In this document: in pieces, positions 59,831 to 64,000 of the stretch
Layout: every line of letters begins with the position of its first letter
Numbering within the stretch: the first letter of the stretch is position 1
Assembly (NCBI GenBank): GCA_964016885.1
Contig: OZ024760.1
Coordinates: 26,226,001 to 26,290,000, forward strand
DNA from: Eledone cirrhosa
Taxonomy: Eukaryota
Direction of reading: 5' to 3'
Length of the DNA stretch: 64,000 nt
Position numbers and translations under genes: made by a program
The notes under the pieces: model-generated
The model's input: only the letters and a program-made list of their open reading frames with translations
The model's database searches: none
What the model was told of the DNA's origin: nothing

Positions 59831-59872
59831 ATCATCATTGGAACAATTTGATAAAGGAGATAAATACGTTGC

Positions 59873-60034
<162 letters not shown>

Positions 60035-60062
60035 CATGTATATATATACAATATATATACAT

Positions 60063-60125
<63 letters not shown>

Positions 60126-60237
60126 ACGAAGGAAATGTGGTAAGGAACCAGGTGGACCATAACGCACCAAAGTACTCAATACTTAGGGTAGTAGAGTGGG
60201 TAATAGGAACCAGTAAGACCCCGGGGTCTTACTGGTT

Positions 60238-60357
<120 letters not shown>

Positions 60358-60412
60358 TATATATATATATATTTATATCTTTATATATTTATATATATGT
60401 ATATATATATAT

Positions 60413-60447
<35 letters not shown>

Positions 60448-60451
60448 TATA

Positions 60452-60498
<47 letters not shown>

Positions 60499-60511
60499 AT
60501 ATATATATGTG

Positions 60512-60585
<74 letters not shown>

Positions 60586-61328
60586 ATATATATATAATGA
60601 AATAAACAGATGTATGTAAGTATATATGTACGTACGTATTTATGTACGTGTGTATGTATGAGTGTATGTATATGAATGTATGTATGTATGGATGTGTGTA
60701 TGCATAGAAGTATGTATGCATATATGTATGTGGATATGTATGAACATGTGTATGTATGTAATATGCGTCTATCTATCCAGCTCCCTTCCTCCTTCGCTCT
60801 CTCTCTATATATACGCAAAAGGGATATTTAATTTGTTGTTAATTCAACAAATATAAATGTTTATAACTGATTCAGAGCACTCAACAAGTTTTCTGGCGAA
60901 TAATATTCAATGATATTAAATAAATGGAAACTATATTTATAAAACCATATTCATTCTATTATATATATTTCAAGGTTACCAAAACCTTGGTACGCCCTCT
61001 TCAGATAAAATAAAAAGTTTGTTTTATAAATATTGACATAACCAGGAATAGGATCTTAAGGAATAACTTGAACCGTTAAGATCTCCTTCCTGGATATGTC
61101 AATATTTATAAAACAAACTTTGTATTTTATCTGATGAAAGCGTACCAAAGTTTTAGTACCCTTGAAATATGTATAATAGAATAAATATGGTTTTATAAAT
61201 ATAGTTTCTATTTATTAATATCATTGTTAATATACACCAGAAAACTGTCGAGTGCTTCGAATCAGTTATAAACATATATATATATTTGTTGAATTACCAA
61301 CAAATTAAATATTCCTTTGCTCTTTGCT

Positions 61329-61386
<58 letters not shown>

Positions 61387-61468
61387 CTAGGTTTCACATT
61401 GCAGGTTTATTTAAATAATTGTCAATGTGAAACACAGGATAACGATTCAAGGTTTAGTTACTAATAAA

Positions 61469-61629
<161 letters not shown>

Positions 61630-61668
61630 TATATATATATATATATATATGTGTGCGTTTATATATAT

Positions 61669-61707
<39 letters not shown>

Positions 61708-61938
61708 TAGATAGATAGATATATTTCTTTATTAGCCACAGGGGCACAAAAGAAGGGGACAAATACAAAGGGGGAAGTTTACATACAATAAAAACGTGTA
61801 AAATGTTATCACAGATGGAATTTAAAAGTTAGTCGATTTTCCCCAATAGAGGGAGACAGTTTATATGGGTAACACAGACCCACGAAAAAAAATGTGCAAC
61901 CCTCATCTCCAGGAGTACGAAGAGCTTGTATGTATATG

Positions 61939-62004
<66 letters not shown>

Positions 62005-62017
62005 CGTTTATATATAT

Positions 62018-62194
<177 letters not shown>

Positions 62195-62653
62195 TAAATA
62201 TATATATATATATATTTAGCGGCGAAACATCGGTTCGGGATACATTTACAGCTGACGATGGAAACTCCTTTCTTCCTTTCTCCTCCTGCTCCGTCCTAAC
62301 CACCATCCTAAACCTTGTTGGGCAACGATGGTTGCCCAACAAGGTTTAGGATGGGCAACCATCGTTGCCCTTTTGTTCAACACTGACAAAGGAACGGTGA
62401 ACGTGTTTCAAGCTTATTAGCTATCGTCAGCATCGTATACCTTCCTGTCAGATGATTGAACGTTTACAAATAAACCGAACATTATAATAAATGTTCGGTA
62501 AACCCATACGTACATATATATATGTGTGTGCATGTATGTATATATATACATACTACTGTACGTGTGTATACATATATGTATGTACGTATACATACTTATA
62601 TTTAATTATCAGCCGTACTAAGAGTGAGAAATTTCATTTCATTTCATTCTTTT

Positions 62654-62733
<80 letters not shown>

Positions 62734-62911
62734 TTAATTTTAATTATATCTCATATAAAATATTACAACTGGCTTTCCGCAAAATACATATAGTTAGCAC
62801 CCCAAACATAAAATTGGGATTATACTAAGGTATATCCTAATGTTTGTTGAGTGAGATGGTAGCCAGTCAGAGTATAGCTTAAGGCTTTCTCTGTTAATGT
62901 ATTGTATATAT

Positions 62912-62945
<34 letters not shown>

Positions 62946-63096
62946 AGGGTTAAAATATTGGAGCGTGTTGGAGTTAAACACCCTCTTCGTATTATAGAAA
63001 TGACAGTAAAAGGTATAGCTCAATGTAGTTAAACAGAGCCGAAAAATTAAGAGAGTAAAACAAAGAAGCCTTCAATACATCAAAAGTCTTTATTAG

Positions 63097-63254
<158 letters not shown>

Positions 63255-63434
63255 GATGTCGGTCACTATGTTCAATTTGCAAAGCTGTCTAAACGTAATG
63301 TTATTACTCTAAGGTAATATACCTTATTGAGTGCTTAGCTGCACATTCCGATTGCATTCGTTTGCTTAGCTGTAGCCAGAGCTTCGATTATGCTGTACTT
63401 CCATTTGTATATATATATACATATATATATATGT

Positions 63435-63526
<92 letters not shown>

Positions 63527-63746
63527 GATATTAAACAAATGGAAACTATATTTATATTTATAAAACCATATTTATTTCGTTATATATATTTCTGGGATAT
63601 CATATTAAAAATATGTTATGCCTTCCTCAGACAAAATACAATACATTTGTTTAATATCGTAAACCTACTCCAGAAACTGTTGAGTGCTTTTATATCAGTT
63701 ATAAAATATTTACTCGTTGTAACCCAACAATCTTAAATAAAACTTT

Positions 63747-63845
<99 letters not shown>

Positions 63846-63959
63846 ACATATATAAGCTCCAACCGTTAAGGTTGTCTTTTTTTTCCGGGTACGTCAATAT
63901 TTATTTATAAAACAAATCTGTATTTTATCTGATGAATGCGCACCATAATTTCCCTTATA

Positions 63960-64000
<41 letters not shown>

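Overview
Eukaryotic, microsatellite-saturated genomic DNA. It is probably an octopod cephalopod, inferred from the dominant tRNA-derived SINE. One host gene can be rebuilt by hand on the minus strand and is missed by the ORF track. It has six phase-compatible GT-AG exons (26544-26414, 15304-14636, 5210-5160, 4415-4290, 974-880, 128-30, continuing off the left edge). They encode a secreted TGFBI/periostin-like protein: signal peptide, a ~220-aa Gly/His/Arg/Asp-rich segment ending in RNRR, an EMI-like Cys domain and the start of a FAS1 domain. The rest is mobile DNA: a frameshifted R4/Dong-type non-LTR element, four Penelope-like element (PLE) remnants, RTE and CRE-type LINE fragments, a twice-present bipartite mini-RTE, SINEs, a Helentron-like element, a hAT-like element, a small MITE and several minisatellites. 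The most striking pattern is a swarm of about 10 unrelated families of short elements, most carrying a full or partial hammerhead ribozyme motif. They sit in (TA)n tracts as head-to-head fold-backs with family-fixed outer ends and a shared GAGYRC motif. The same geometry is shown by a 593-bp tandem/inverted array and by head-to-head fusions of unrelated retroelements. Almost all long ORFs in the track are microsatellite artefacts. All family assignments are by motif recognition only; no searches were run.
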